Assembly: GCA_000998275.1 (NCBI GenBank)
Contig: LCDA01000004.1
Coordinates: forward strand, 4,360-68,359
DNA: 64,000 nt
DNA from: Candidatus Collierbacteria bacterium GW2011_GWA2_42_17
GTDB taxonomy: Bacteria > Patescibacteriota > Microgenomatia > UBA1400 > MFAQ01
Direction: 5' to 3'
Position 1 is the stretch's first letter. Each line of letters begins with the position of its first letter. The position numbers and the translations under genes were made by a program. The notes below the pieces were generated by a model, which was given only the letters and a program-made list of their open reading frames with translations, made no database searches and was not told where the DNA came from. Positions 9,185 through 19,115 of the stretch are shown here, in pieces.

Positions 9185-10951
9185 TTACAAAGATTTTTCC
9201 TCGATTTCCTTTATTACCCTATCTGTAAAACTATCAACTGTCATCGTTCCCAGATCCTTCTGACCTCGTTGACGAACGGAAACTTCTTTTGCTTCAGCTT
9301 CTTTTTCGCCGATGATCAGCATATATGGCACCTTCGCAGACTCTGCGTTGCGGATTTTCTTTCCGAGCGAGTCCGCGTCTCGGTTTAACTCCACTCGTAC
9401 TCCTTTCTTCTGTAGATTCTTCAAAACGCTTTCGGCGTACTCCATGGTTTTTTCGGAAATAGGTAATATGCTCACCTGTACCGGAGATAACCATAATGGG
9501 AATGCTCCCCCAAAATGTTCCAAAAGGATCATCATCATTCGCTCGGCCGAGCCGATTATGGCTCGGTGAAGCATTATTGGATGTTTCTGTGTTCCATCTT
9601 GATCCGTATAAACCAGATTAAATCTCTCCGGCATCACGTAATCAATTTGCACTGTCGATAGTTGCCACTCACGCCCGAGAGCATCGGTGGCAATCAAATC
9701 CATCTTTGGAGCATAAAAGGCTGCTTCCCCTGGTCCTTGAAAATACTCTATGCCATTTCTCTCCATAATCGCTTCTGCCCATTTTTCCACCTTGTCCCAA
9801 ACTTTAGGCTCTCCCAAATATTTTTCCGGATGCTGAGGATCTCTGGTCGATAATCTGTACTTGTACTTGAACCCAAAAGTCGCCATGATTTTTTTTGTCA
9901 TCTGCAATGCCATATCAATCTCCGCATCTACTTGATCTTCTCTACAGAAAATGTGGCAGTCGTCCTGAGAAAAACCTCTTGTTCGAGCCAGTCCGGAAAG
10001 TTCTCCCGGTTTTTCATCACGATAAAGCATGGCGAAGTCCGTTAAACGAATAGGTAAATCGCGATAACTTCTGGCTTGCGCCGCAAAAATCTGCGTATGT
10101 TGCGGACAGTTCATCGGTTTGAGAAACATCTCCTCTTCCGAAAAGTTAGAAACCACCCGGAACATCGAGTCTTTGTACTTGTCGTAATGTCCCGATGTCT
10201 TAAACAGCTCGGCTTTAGCGATCTGTGGTGTCCACACTTGGGTATACCCCTCTTTATACTGCATCTCTTCCACATAATCGTTTAACATTCTTCTTATAAA
10301 TGACCCCTTAGGTGAGTAAAGTGGCAATCCACTTCCCACCAGGTCAGAGAAAGAAAATAAATCCAGTTCTTTCCCAAGTTTCCGATGGTCGCGTTTTTTG
10401 GCCTCCTCCAAAAGTGTCACGTATTTATCAAGTTCCTCTTGTGTCTCAAAAGCTGTACCGTAAATTCTCGTCAGCATTTTATTCTTTTCATCGCCATGCC
10501 AATAAGCGCCGGCAATCGATAAAAGTTTAAATGCTTTCACTTCAATAGTTCTCGCCACATGAGGTCCGGCACAAACATCCACAAATGAGCCACCCTTTCC
10601 AGGATCTCCAGTCCAGTAAACGGAGATCTCCTCTTTTTCGCTCTCTGCTTTATCAATCCATTCTTGTTTATAAGGATTGTCCTCAAACATCTCTCGAGCT
10701 TTCTTTGCCGTCACAATCATTTTTTCAAAAGGCAAGTTACTTTGCACTATCTTTCTCATCTCTTTTTCTATCTTGGGGAAGTCTGTTTCGGCAATCTTAA
10801 TACCATTGGTTGTGTCAAAGTCAAAATAAAACCCGGTTTCAATCGCCGGACCCATGGCCTTAATAATCTGGCCAGGCCAGAGCCTCTCCATTGCTTGAGT
10901 TAGTATATGTTCGGCACTGTGTCTTAGTGCATGCAATTTTTGATCTTCCAT
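9185..10951 (-). CDS. thrS: threonyl-tRNA synthetase (short form lacking N-terminal TGS domain)
   Basis: ALRHSAEHILTQAMERLWPG, class II motifs and an anticodon-binding C-terminus. 588 aa. Confidence 0.9.
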   Translation of the reverse strand: MEDQKLHALRHSAEHILTQAMERLWPGQIIKAMGPAIETGFYFDFDTTNGIKIAETDFPKIEKEMRKIVQSNLPFEKMIVTAKKAREMFEDNPYKQEWIDKAESEKEEISVYWTGDPGKGGSFVDVCAGPHVARTIEVKAFKLLSIAGAYWHGDEKNKMLTRIYGTAFETQEELDKYVTLLEEAKKRDHRKLGKELDLFSFSDLVGSGLPLYSPKGSFIRRMLNDYVEEMQYKEGYTQVWTPQIAKAELFKTSGHYDKYKDSMFRVVSNFSEEEMFLKPMNCPQHTQIFAAQARSYRDLPIRLTDFAMLYRDEKPGELSGLARTRGFSQDDCHIFCREDQVDAEIDMALQMTKKIMATFGFKYKYRLSTRDPQHPEKYLGEPKVWDKVEKWAEAIMERNGIEYFQGPGEAAFYAPKMDLIATDALGREWQLSTVQIDYVMPERFNLVYTDQDGTQKHPIMLHRAIIGSAERMMMILLEHFGGAFPLWLSPVQVSILPISEKTMEYAESVLKNLQKKGVRVELNRDADSLGKKIRNAESAKVPYMLIIGEKEAEAKEVSVRQRGQKDLGTMTVDSFTDRVIKEIEEKSL

Positions 10952-11131
10952 TTTTTATAAATAATTTGTTAACAAAAAAACTACCCTTCTTGCAAGAACC
11001 CTCTCGGGTGGTTCCATCTTGCTTGCTAGGTAGCCTCTTAATTCTAAGCGTTAGTGCTTACTCCTTGCCTCTCCCCGGTTGGTAATCGGATCACTAAAGC
11101 AATTCAACTACACTTAGTATATCACGCCCCC

Positions 11132-11166
11132 TTGACAAACTGGCACTAATTATATTAGACTGCTAA
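11132..11166 (+). promoter_or_regulatory. hsp20 promoter region with CIRCE-like inverted repeat
   Basis: TTGACA at 11132-11137. CTGGCACTA-N9-GACTGCTAA at 11140-11166 matches CIRCE (TTAGCACTC-N9-GAGTGCTAA) at 14 of 18 positions. Confidence 0.3.
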
Positions 11167-11188
11167 TAGTTATTAATTAAGCACGAAT

Positions 11189-11596
11189 ATGTTAGATATC
11201 GTTCCAAAATCTTTCTGGTCATTTCCGACCAATTCGTTATTAACTGATGATGACTTCTTCACTTCTTCGGCCACTGGCTCCGATCTTTCCGTCTCTGAAG
11301 ATGATCATAATGTCTTCATTGAAGCCAATATGCCTGGACTTGAAAGTGATGATATCGAGGTTACCTATCACAAGGGTCAACTTTGGTTAAGAGGAAGTAA
11401 AAAAGAAGAAGAAAAAGATAAAAAGAAAAAGTACTATCGTTACGCCTCCTCATCCTTCAGTTATCGTCTCTCGGTTCCGGGTAACATCGACGAGAAAAGT
11501 GAACCGGATGCCGAATACAAAAATGGCGTCATGAAAGTAACTTTCAAAAAGTTATCAGAGGAACAGCCCAAAAAGATCACGGTCAAGAAATCCTAA
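11189..11596 (+). CDS. Hsp20/alpha-crystallin family small heat shock protein
   Basis: Alpha-crystallin domain pattern: ...VFIEANMPGLESDDIEVTYHKGQLWLRGSKKEE...YRYASSSFSYRLSVPGNID...YKNGVMKVTFKK. Confidence 0.8.
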   Translation: MLDIVPKSFWSFPTNSLLTDDDFFTSSATGSDLSVSEDDHNVFIEANMPGLESDDIEVTYHKGQLWLRGSKKEEEKDKKKKYYRYASSSFSYRLSVPGNIDEKSEPDAEYKNGVMKVTFKKLSEEQPKKITVKKS

Positions 11597-11601
11597 TTTC
11601 T

Positions 11602-13095
11602 TTACTGTTCTTTCTTTACTCTCAAGGGTGGAAAAAGTGTCCCTTCTCTACCGGAGACGTCTTCCATAAACCAAAAGACTCGCTCGGACATCCCAAATCC
11701 AGATGTTGGCGGCATACCGTACTCCAGCATCTCCACAAAGTCTGTATCCATCATCTGGGCTTCTTCGTCTCCCTTTTCTCGCGCTTTTTGTTGATCTTCA
11801 AATCGAGATTTTTGATCCATTGGGTCATTCAGCTCCGAATAGCCATTCCCGAGTTCCGACCCGGCAATAATGATATGGAATCTCTCGGTTATCTCCGGAT
11901 CTTCGGCTTTACTCTTCGCCAAAGGTGACATAAATTTCGGTTCATTGACAAGGAAAGCCGGTCCGGCAATTGTTTTGCGGACAATCTTCCAACAGTTATC
12001 GATGAGTCTCGCTCTATTTATTTCTCCAGTGAGTTTCACACCGACCTTTCTAATTGCTTCGATCATTTCCGCATCTGTCGAGTTGACAATATCAATTCCG
12101 ATTTTTTCCTTAATTACTTTTAGATAATCAATCTCTTTCCATTCCTCGGCCAAGTCATACTCCATACCACGGCTCACAAACTTTGTTTTTCCGTAGACTT
12201 CTTTGGCCAAGTGTCGGTAAAGTTCCCGAGTTAGTTGCATGTTATCTCGGTAATCGGCATATGCCCAGTACCACTCCAAAGAGTAATACTCCGGTAGATG
12301 TTCATCATCCATCCCTTCATTACGGAAGTTCGGTGCCAATGTGTAAATCTTTTCAAATCCGGCTCCAATTAATCTCTTTTGATAAAGCTCTGTCGAGATG
12401 CGTAAGTAAAAATCCTGGTCGATAGCATTCATGTGGGTCACAAACGGTCGAGCATCGGCACCGCCAGTCACCGTTTCCAGTACTGGCGTTTCTACTTCCA
12501 TAAATCCCTTTGAGGCCATAAACTTTCTGCACTCACTCCAGAACTTTGCTTTTCTCTCGAACCGTAGAATCTTTTCAGGGCTCATCAAAAGATCCAAATA
12601 TCTCTTACGGAAGGCTTCATCCGGATCCACAATACCTGCCCATTTTTCAGGTAAGGGGAGTCTCGCCTTAGTCAATATTTTAATTTCGGAAACCTGAATC
12701 GACACTTCTCCGGTTCTGGTTTTCACCACCTCACCGGTGGTTTGGATAATATCGCCAATATCCAACAAGTCCAGTTCTTCAAATCCTAGTGTCTGTTTGG
12801 CTTTATCAGCCCTGGCCATTGAGTCGCTTCGGATAAACAGCTGAATCTTGCCTGACTGATCTTGAATCTGGCCAAAAATTAATTTACCATGTTCTCTCCA
12901 AGCCATTATTCTGCCCGCAAGTGTCAGTATCTTCCCCTCATACTTTTCAAAATTATCCACCACTTCTTTATTGGATTTTTCTTTGACTGAGCGGGCAGGA
13001 TATAAATCAATCCCCATTTTTTTCAGGGTCTCTACCTTCTTTTCTCGTTCCTTTAAAATTTCGTCCAATCTGCTTGCCATAGTCCAATTATACAA
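11602..13095 (-). CDS. lysS: lysyl-tRNA synthetase, class II
   Basis: N-terminal OB fold and class II core with motif-3 C-terminus ...GMPPTSGFGMSERVFWFM. Confidence 0.9.
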   Translation of the reverse strand: MYNWTMASRLDEILKEREKKVETLKKMGIDLYPARSVKEKSNKEVVDNFEKYEGKILTLAGRIMAWREHGKLIFGQIQDQSGKIQLFIRSDSMARADKAKQTLGFEELDLLDIGDIIQTTGEVVKTRTGEVSIQVSEIKILTKARLPLPEKWAGIVDPDEAFRKRYLDLLMSPEKILRFERKAKFWSECRKFMASKGFMEVETPVLETVTGGADARPFVTHMNAIDQDFYLRISTELYQKRLIGAGFEKIYTLAPNFRNEGMDDEHLPEYYSLEWYWAYADYRDNMQLTRELYRHLAKEVYGKTKFVSRGMEYDLAEEWKEIDYLKVIKEKIGIDIVNSTDAEMIEAIRKVGVKLTGEINRARLIDNCWKIVRKTIAGPAFLVNEPKFMSPLAKSKAEDPEITERFHIIIAGSELGNGYSELNDPMDQKSRFEDQQKAREKGDEEAQMMDTDFVEMLEYGMPPTSGFGMSERVFWFMEDVSGREGTLFPPLRVKKEQ

Positions 13096-13104
13096 GGCTC
13101 GACC

Positions 13105-14787
13105 TTACATCTTCTCTACCGTCTCAACTCCAATTATTTCCAAGCCTTTTTTAATTACTTCACCGGCCAACAACGTCAAAGCCAAACGCAAACTTTGATT
13201 TTCCACTCCGATTACTTTGTTTCTCTCATAAAATCCATTAAACTTCTGCGCCGTCTCAAACAAATAAGCACAAAGTTGCTGTGGTGCAAAGTTCTTCGCC
13301 GCCGACTCCACTACTTCACCCTCTGCAAATCGCAAAAGCAACCATCTGGCCAAACTTCTCTCATCTTCATTGGTAAATTCCTTATTGTCCTTCAACACTT
13401 TTTCCAAACTCTCCCCCGATTTATTCAACACCCCTCTCGTTCTCACATAGACATACTGCAGATACGGCGCACTATTACCTTCCATCGACAAAGCTTCATC
13501 CCACTTAAAGATATAGTCCATTCCTGGTGATCTTTTTAGTTCGTTATATTTTACTGCTCCCAAAGAAATTACTTCTCCACCAACAGCTTTTTCTTCTGCC
13601 CTTTCCAGTAGATCTTCCAGTTTAATAGTATTCCCCTTTCTAGTACTCATCTTTCCTTCCGGAAGACTCAAAAGACCATGAGCTACATGGACAAACTGCA
13701 CACTCTTGGTTTCCTCAGGCCATAGTTTTACCGCCGCCACAAACACTTGTTTCAAATGTAGTCTTTGTTCCCCTCCCACTTCATAAACAAATACCTCAGA
13801 CTTCAATGCAGGATCACTCAATCTTCTTTTTATTGTCGCCAAGTCGCGGGTGAAATAAGTCGTTGATCCATCACTCTTCACTAACATCGCGGGGGGCATT
13901 TGTTCTTTCCCTCGCTCATCCAAAAACTCCACGATCAAGGCCCCTTCTTCACCAACAGAAGCGATCTTTTTAGTCTTTGCTTCTTCAATTATTTCGGGCA
14001 TCAATTTTTCATACTCCGACTCGCCCAAAACATGGTCAAAAATCACTCCTAATTTTTTATATATCTCATCAAACTCCTTCATCGAAATCTCCACCGATTT
14101 TTGCCAAATGTTTCTGGCCGACTCATCTCCTTTTTCCAGTCGAAGAAATGCTTCTTTTGCCCTATCCCTTAACTCCGGATTTTCTTCCATCCGTTTATTA
14201 AAATCTACATATATCTCTTCTAGTTTGTTGATATCCACACTATTCCAATCAAACTTTTCATTTTCCTCTATTGCTGCAATTATCATCCCAAACTGTGTTC
14301 CCCAGTCACCCAAATGATTGTCATTTGTCACCTCTGCTCCGCTATGTTTATACAAGTTAAAAATTGCTTGGCCAATAATTGTTGATCTTAAGTGTCCCAC
14401 CGAAAACCTCTTTGCAATATTGGGCGATGAGTACTCCACCAAGACTTTCTTTCCTTTCATAAAGTCACTGTCTCCCAGTTTTTCTTTCATCCCTAAGGCC
14501 TCATCCATTTTTTTGATAAGCACTTCATCTTTAATCCAAAAATTTATAAATCCTGGTCCGGCCGGTTCAATCTTGGAAACCAACTTCCTTAACTTTTTGT
14601 TTCCTTCCAACTTCCCCACCAAATCAACTGCTAACTCTCTGGGGTTCCTTCCCAATTCTTTGGCTAATACCATTGCTACATTAGTTGAAAAATCACCCAT
14701 CTTTTCCTCGGCCGGATGTTCCACGGCAAACTCCTTGCCCAAAGCAAACTCAGCAACTGCTTCTCTGATTATTTCAATTATTTTCAC
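13105..14787 (-). CDS. argS: arginyl-tRNA synthetase
   Basis: VEYSSPNIAKRFSVGHLRSTIIGQAI (HIGH-region equivalent) and a DALR anticodon-binding C-terminus. Confidence 0.9.
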   Translation of the reverse strand: MKIIEIIREAVAEFALGKEFAVEHPAEEKMGDFSTNVAMVLAKELGRNPRELAVDLVGKLEGNKKLRKLVSKIEPAGPGFINFWIKDEVLIKKMDEALGMKEKLGDSDFMKGKKVLVEYSSPNIAKRFSVGHLRSTIIGQAIFNLYKHSGAEVTNDNHLGDWGTQFGMIIAAIEENEKFDWNSVDINKLEEIYVDFNKRMEENPELRDRAKEAFLRLEKGDESARNIWQKSVEISMKEFDEIYKKLGVIFDHVLGESEYEKLMPEIIEEAKTKKIASVGEEGALIVEFLDERGKEQMPPAMLVKSDGSTTYFTRDLATIKRRLSDPALKSEVFVYEVGGEQRLHLKQVFVAAVKLWPEETKSVQFVHVAHGLLSLPEGKMSTRKGNTIKLEDLLERAEEKAVGGEVISLGAVKYNELKRSPGMDYIFKWDEALSMEGNSAPYLQYVYVRTRGVLNKSGESLEKVLKDNKEFTNEDERSLARWLLLRFAEGEVVESAAKNFAPQQLCAYLFETAQKFNGFYERNKVIGVENQSLRLALTLLAGEVIKKGLEIIGVETVEKM

Positions 14788-14794
14788 TTAAGCC

Positions 14795-15775
14795 TTACTT
14801 GTGATTTTCTAAATATTTCTCCGTATCAAGTGCTGCCTGACATCCCATCCCTGCTGCCGTAATTGCCTGTCGATAACGGTAATCTACTACGTCTCCACAA
14901 CCAAAGACACCTTCAATTGATGTCATCGTTGGATAGCCGTCAAGCCACATATCTTTTTCACTCACTCTCCACTTTGTATCGGACATTAATGCCGTCATTG
15001 TTGTTCGCAAATATCCACTTTCATTTAGTTCCAATTTTCCCTCAAACAATTTTGTTGTTGGAACATGACCAATAGCTACAAACAAACCATCCAAATTATG
15101 TTCGGTTATCTTCCCGGTCTTCACATCTTTTACTTTAATTGAAGAAAGTTTTGGCTCTCCCGCTACTTCTATTACCTCGCTATTCCACAGCACTTTTACT
15201 TTTGGATTAGAGAGAACTCTTTCCTGCATTATTTTGCTGGCCCTGAACTCTCCTCTTCGGTGAACCACCGTAACTTCATCGGCAAACTTAACCAGGGCTA
15301 AGGTATCTTCCATCGCGGAATCACCTCCACCCACTACAAATGTTTTTTTATTTTTAAAGAAAGCGGCATCACAAACAGCGCAGGTACTCACCCCCCTGCC
15401 TATATATTTTTCCTCACCGATTCCAATCATTTTTGAAGATGCTCCTGTCGATACCACCACCGCTCTTGCCTCGTAGACGGTCTCACCTACCCAAACTTTT
15501 TTAATTTCTCCCGTCAAATCCACTTTGGTTGCTTCGGAATACATTACTTCCGCCCCAAACCTTTTTGCCTGAGTTTCCATCTCTGTCATCAAGTCCGGCC
15601 CCATTATTCCCTTGGAAAATCCTGGAAAGTTTTCAACCTCGGATGTAAAAATCAGTTGACCTCCAGGCTGTGCTCCAGCCAAAACCAAAACTGATAAGGT
15701 GTCTCTACTCAAATAAATCGCACTGGTATAACCACTTGGTCCTCCACCGATAACAATTACATCATATTTCGTCAT
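14795..15775 (-). CDS. trxB: thioredoxin reductase
   Basis: YDVIVIGGGPSGYTSAIY FAD site, redox-active CAVCD, and a GGGDSAMEDTL NADPH site. Confidence 0.9.
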   Translation of the reverse strand: MTKYDVIVIGGGPSGYTSAIYLSRDTLSVLVLAGAQPGGQLIFTSEVENFPGFSKGIMGPDLMTEMETQAKRFGAEVMYSEATKVDLTGEIKKVWVGETVYEARAVVVSTGASSKMIGIGEEKYIGRGVSTCAVCDAAFFKNKKTFVVGGGDSAMEDTLALVKFADEVTVVHRRGEFRASKIMQERVLSNPKVKVLWNSEVIEVAGEPKLSSIKVKDVKTGKITEHNLDGLFVAIGHVPTTKLFEGKLELNESGYLRTTMTALMSDTKWRVSEKDMWLDGYPTMTSIEGVFGCGDVVDYRYRQAITAAGMGCQAALDTEKYLENHK

Positions 15776-15777
15776 GC

Positions 15778-16101
15778 TTATTTTATGGCTTGTTTAACCA
15801 TCGTCTCGTAGATTTCTTTTCCCCCAAAACCCACTTGGCGTGCGATTTCCTTTCCCCCATCAAAGAGAACTACCGTAGGGATACTCATTACCCCATATTT
15901 TCCGGCCACATTAGAGTTGGCATCTACATCTACTTTTCCTACAATCATCTTTCCCTCATAAGTTTTTGCCAATTCCTCAATTACTGGAGCCACCATTCTG
16001 CATGGTCCGCACCAGTCAGCAAAGAAGTCGACTAATACTGGCTTTTCGGCCTTCAAAACCATCTCGTCAAAATTTGCGTCTGTAAAGTGAATTAGTTCCA
16101 T
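15778..16101 (-). CDS. trxA: thioredoxin
   Basis: WCGPCR active site, 107 aa. Confidence 0.9.
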   Translation of the reverse strand: MELIHFTDANFDEMVLKAEKPVLVDFFADWCGPCRMVAPVIEELAKTYEGKMIVGKVDVDANSNVAGKYGVMSIPTVVLFDGGKEIARQVGFGGKEIYETMVKQAIK

Positions 16102-16129
16102 ATTTTTTATTTATTTTATTTAATAATTT

Positions 16130-16390
16130 TTAAAGAAATCTCTTCAATAATTTAGTATATTCTTCTTTCGAACAACTGGAAACCGCATCGGCCAAAAGAG
16201 CTTTGGCAACACTCTTAAGTGAGCTCATCGAAGCCACCACCTGAGTTACTACCGCCTCACAATCCTTATCATCACTCACCATCCTCTCGATTCCTCCCAC
16301 CTGGCCCTGAATCCTCTTAAGCATCACTCGCAGTTTCTTTTTTTCTTCTATTGACATATACCCCCTATGGTATAGTAAAACGTCGCTCAA
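16130..16390 (-). CDS. CsoR/RcnR/FrmR-family metal- or stress-sensing transcriptional repressor
   Basis: LKRIQGQVGGIERMVSDDKDCEAVVTQVVASMSSLKSVAKALLADAV matches the DUF156 all-helical core with a conserved Cys. Confidence 0.7.
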   Translation of the reverse strand: MSDVLLYHRGYMSIEEKKKLRVMLKRIQGQVGGIERMVSDDKDCEAVVTQVVASMSSLKSVAKALLADAVSSCSKEEYTKLLKRFL

Positions 16391-16405
16391 GTCAAATCGA
16401 GTTTA

Positions 16406-16978
16406 TTACAAATAAAAAGCAAGCAAAAGATAAATCACACCCACGACTATTACAAATCCAAACTTCTCCTCCGGCTCCAGGGTTCTCTTTATCTGCCAAA
16501 ACCAGAGATCCAGTCTCTCTTTGTCCTTCACAAAATCATAAATCAAATCAAAGACCAAGTGTGTTCCAATCCCCAACATAAATCCCCTCGCAAAAAGATT
16601 CAGTACACTGGTCGCCGTAAAAAAGGCCAACACCACCCACACCACTACAAACATTGCACTTCTCATCACTAGTTCTTTTTGATCATAGCGTTCGGCCAAC
16701 AAAAGTCTCAATCCCTCAACAAAATTACTCTGTCCAAACAACTCTCTTACCCGCAAACTCAGGGTCTCATTTGGCCTTGACAAAACACTGTAAACAAACC
16801 GATCCAAAAACACGAATAGAAATCCAATCATCGCCCCCAAAAGCCACCATAACAAATTGACGTCAAATATAAATGTCTTATTAAAAACACTCCACAAAAC
16901 CAACACCCCGAGCACTCCAAACAAACTCACCTGATGGAGCCACAATTTTCCTTTAAACATCCTAAGATAATCATACAC
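16406..16978 (-). CDS. hypothetical polytopic membrane protein
   Basis: About 5 predicted TM segments, no recognisable motif. Confidence 0.4.
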   Translation of the reverse strand: MYDYLRMFKGKLWLHQVSLFGVLGVLVLWSVFNKTFIFDVNLLWWLLGAMIGFLFVFLDRFVYSVLSRPNETLSLRVRELFGQSNFVEGLRLLLAERYDQKELVMRSAMFVVVWVVLAFFTATSVLNLFARGFMLGIGTHLVFDLIYDFVKDKERLDLWFWQIKRTLEPEEKFGFVIVVGVIYLLLAFYL

Positions 16979-16986
16979 AATTCACC

Positions 16987-18240
16987 CTAGTCCTTCCATT
17001 CGGACATCTCGGTCTGTGGTAACCTCAGTTTTCGGGGTGTCACAAATAACAGTACGATCGCCACAATGACAGTCAACACCCCCATCACTACAAAAGTCAT
17101 TCTCTCTCCCACTCTGCTGGAAATAAAACCGGCAGTTATCGGACCAATGATGTATGCCAAACTTGTCGTCGAACTAGATAAACCAACCATGTGTTTTCTT
17201 TCCGTACCCATTCTCGCCAAGATATCGGAGTAAACAGCATCGACCATCGGCCAAGCAATCGACAATGCCACCCCAGTTAAAAACGACAGCAAAAGCATCG
17301 ACCACAAGCTTTCCTTCATTCCCAATAAAGCTAGGAACACTCCTGCAAAAAGTAAAAATATTTCGGCAATTTTTTTCTTCCCCTTATAAACTCCCCACTT
17401 TGCCAAAATTACTCCCATAAATATTGGTGGTAGCATGTAAGCCGGTAAAAACAATCCACCTAGCAAACCATCTCTGGCCATAATGTCAGACAATACCGCT
17501 CCCGTTGTCCAGTAAGTTGCGTCAATGAGCCCCATTGTTAAGCTGATAAGTAGTACTGGCCAAACATGAACAAATAATACTTTCCAGTAACCTACCTCTT
17601 CTCCAATATCAAACTTCTCCACTGGTTCAATTTCCTGCTCGTGCATCTTTTCCTTCTTACTGGTTAGAACCCAAACAACATAGCCCACACAAACCATAGC
17701 TGCGGCTACCACCACAGTAGTCATATTTCCCCGACTAATAGCCAGCCAACTTCCCACGATTGGACCAATAAAATACGCCAAACTCTTAAAAACACTTAAG
17801 ACTCCCCACACTCCGGACCTAGACTCCGTCGGTACGTTATCGGACACAAACTGTGCCGACCCAAACCAAAGAAGTTCATAATAAACTCCCCACACCGCCA
17901 TTGCCAAAAGAAATAACACCAACCAAGACCAGGTGGTTGTCCAAAGTAATATTCCGGAAAAAATTAAGTTCGCCGCAATGGCCAACAAAATTAACCTCCT
18001 TGCTTTAAATTTTCGCAATAACTGAGGAAAAATTAAGTCAGTCACGAAACCCACCACCGAGGAAAACGAAAACACCAAACCCATAAACAGAGATCCTCCC
18101 AAAGCCACCTGCATAAACGAAGGTACCCAGTCACTCAGGATAGCATCCCCCAAATACACAAAAAATAAAATCACCGACACCGTCAGCACCCTTGCCCACA
18201 TAGAATCACGGAACAAACCAAATCCATATTTCTTTATCAT
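16987..18240 (-). CDS. MFS-type transporter
   Basis: 417 aa with about 12 hydrophobic segments in two 6-TM halves. Confidence 0.6.
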   Translation of the reverse strand: MIKKYGFGLFRDSMWARVLTVSVILFFVYLGDAILSDWVPSFMQVALGGSLFMGLVFSFSSVVGFVTDLIFPQLLRKFKARRLILLAIAANLIFSGILLWTTTWSWLVLFLLAMAVWGVYYELLWFGSAQFVSDNVPTESRSGVWGVLSVFKSLAYFIGPIVGSWLAISRGNMTTVVVAAAMVCVGYVVWVLTSKKEKMHEQEIEPVEKFDIGEEVGYWKVLFVHVWPVLLISLTMGLIDATYWTTGAVLSDIMARDGLLGGLFLPAYMLPPIFMGVILAKWGVYKGKKKIAEIFLLFAGVFLALLGMKESLWSMLLLSFLTGVALSIAWPMVDAVYSDILARMGTERKHMVGLSSSTTSLAYIIGPITAGFISSRVGERMTFVVMGVLTVIVAIVLLFVTPRKLRLPQTEMSEWKD

Positions 18241-18263
18241 TCACTTCCATCTTACCAAAGAGA

Positions 18264-18560
18264 CTACTTCTCCTCGGCTTTGTTTTCTTCTCTTAACTGC
18301 TTCAATTTCCACATAAACAGTCGGCCCTTACTGGTCGGATGGTTTGCCCCCAACACAAACAGTCTTGCCTGTTCGATTATTGGTCGGGGGGTATTTTTTG
18401 CCAGTCTCATATAGATTGCCGTATGTGCGGTATCTTCAAGTTCCACCGCTAGACGATAGGCATAATCTTGAAACTCACGACTTATTCTTCTCTGTTTGGT
18501 TTCTTCCAGATCATACTTGTCAAGAATCGACACCATTGGTTTAAAGCCCATCTTATCCAT
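18264..18560 (-). CDS. hypothetical protein
   Basis: 98-aa ORF between the MFS gene and pth, no recognised motif. Confidence 0.3.
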   Translation of the reverse strand: MDKMGFKPMVSILDKYDLEETKQRRISREFQDYAYRLAVELEDTAHTAIYMRLAKNTPRPIIEQARLFVLGANHPTSKGRLFMWKLKQLREENKAEEK

Positions 18561-18562
18561 TT

Positions 18563-19096
18563 TTATGATTTTATATTCATCGCAAGAGTTTCCGTTAGTT
18601 CTTTGATCGCCTCATCCATCACCCCATCAAGCTCTTTTAGTTCTTCCTTACTCATCTTCGACAAGACATAATCCGCTCCGGTGCCATAGCTCATCCCCGG
18701 TTGTCTGTTGTCGATACCAATTCTCACTCTCAAAAAATCGTTTCTCCCTAAATACTGTTCCACGGACTTCAACCCGTTGTGTACTTTTGGTCCCACTTCT
18801 TTTTGAATCTTGAACTCTCCAAAGGCAATATCCAAGTCGTCATGTACCACAACTACATTTTCAACTGACAGTTTATAAAAATCCATTATTTTTCGAACTG
18901 ATCTTCCACTGTCATTCATAAAGGTAAACGGTTTCACCAAAATTAGTTTTCCTCTCTTCATCACCTCAGCCTCTTGTTTACGATCCACTTCAAATTTATC
19001 CTTACCAGCCAATTTATTGATAAATAAAAATCCAGCGTTATGTCGCGTCTTTTCATAATTTTCTCCAGGATTTCCTAGTCCAACGATTAAATACAT
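18563..19096 (-). CDS. pth: peptidyl-tRNA hydrolase
   Basis: MYLIVGLGNPGENYEKTRHNAGF is a canonical Pth N-terminus. Confidence 0.85.
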   Translation of the reverse strand: MYLIVGLGNPGENYEKTRHNAGFLFINKLAGKDKFEVDRKQEAEVMKRGKLILVKPFTFMNDSGRSVRKIMDFYKLSVENVVVVHDDLDIAFGEFKIQKEVGPKVHNGLKSVEQYLGRNDFLRVRIGIDNRQPGMSYGTGADYVLSKMSKEELKELDGVMDEAIKELTETLAMNIKS

Positions 19097-19115
19097 ACTA
19101 TAATTCTATCAGTCT

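Noticed and set aside
11132-11160. A clean sigma70 -10 for hsp20 at canonical spacing from TTGACA.
   Set aside because: The 17-bp spacing gives TTAGAC and the TATATT hexamer lies at 13-bp spacing. The promoter call is kept at low confidence only.
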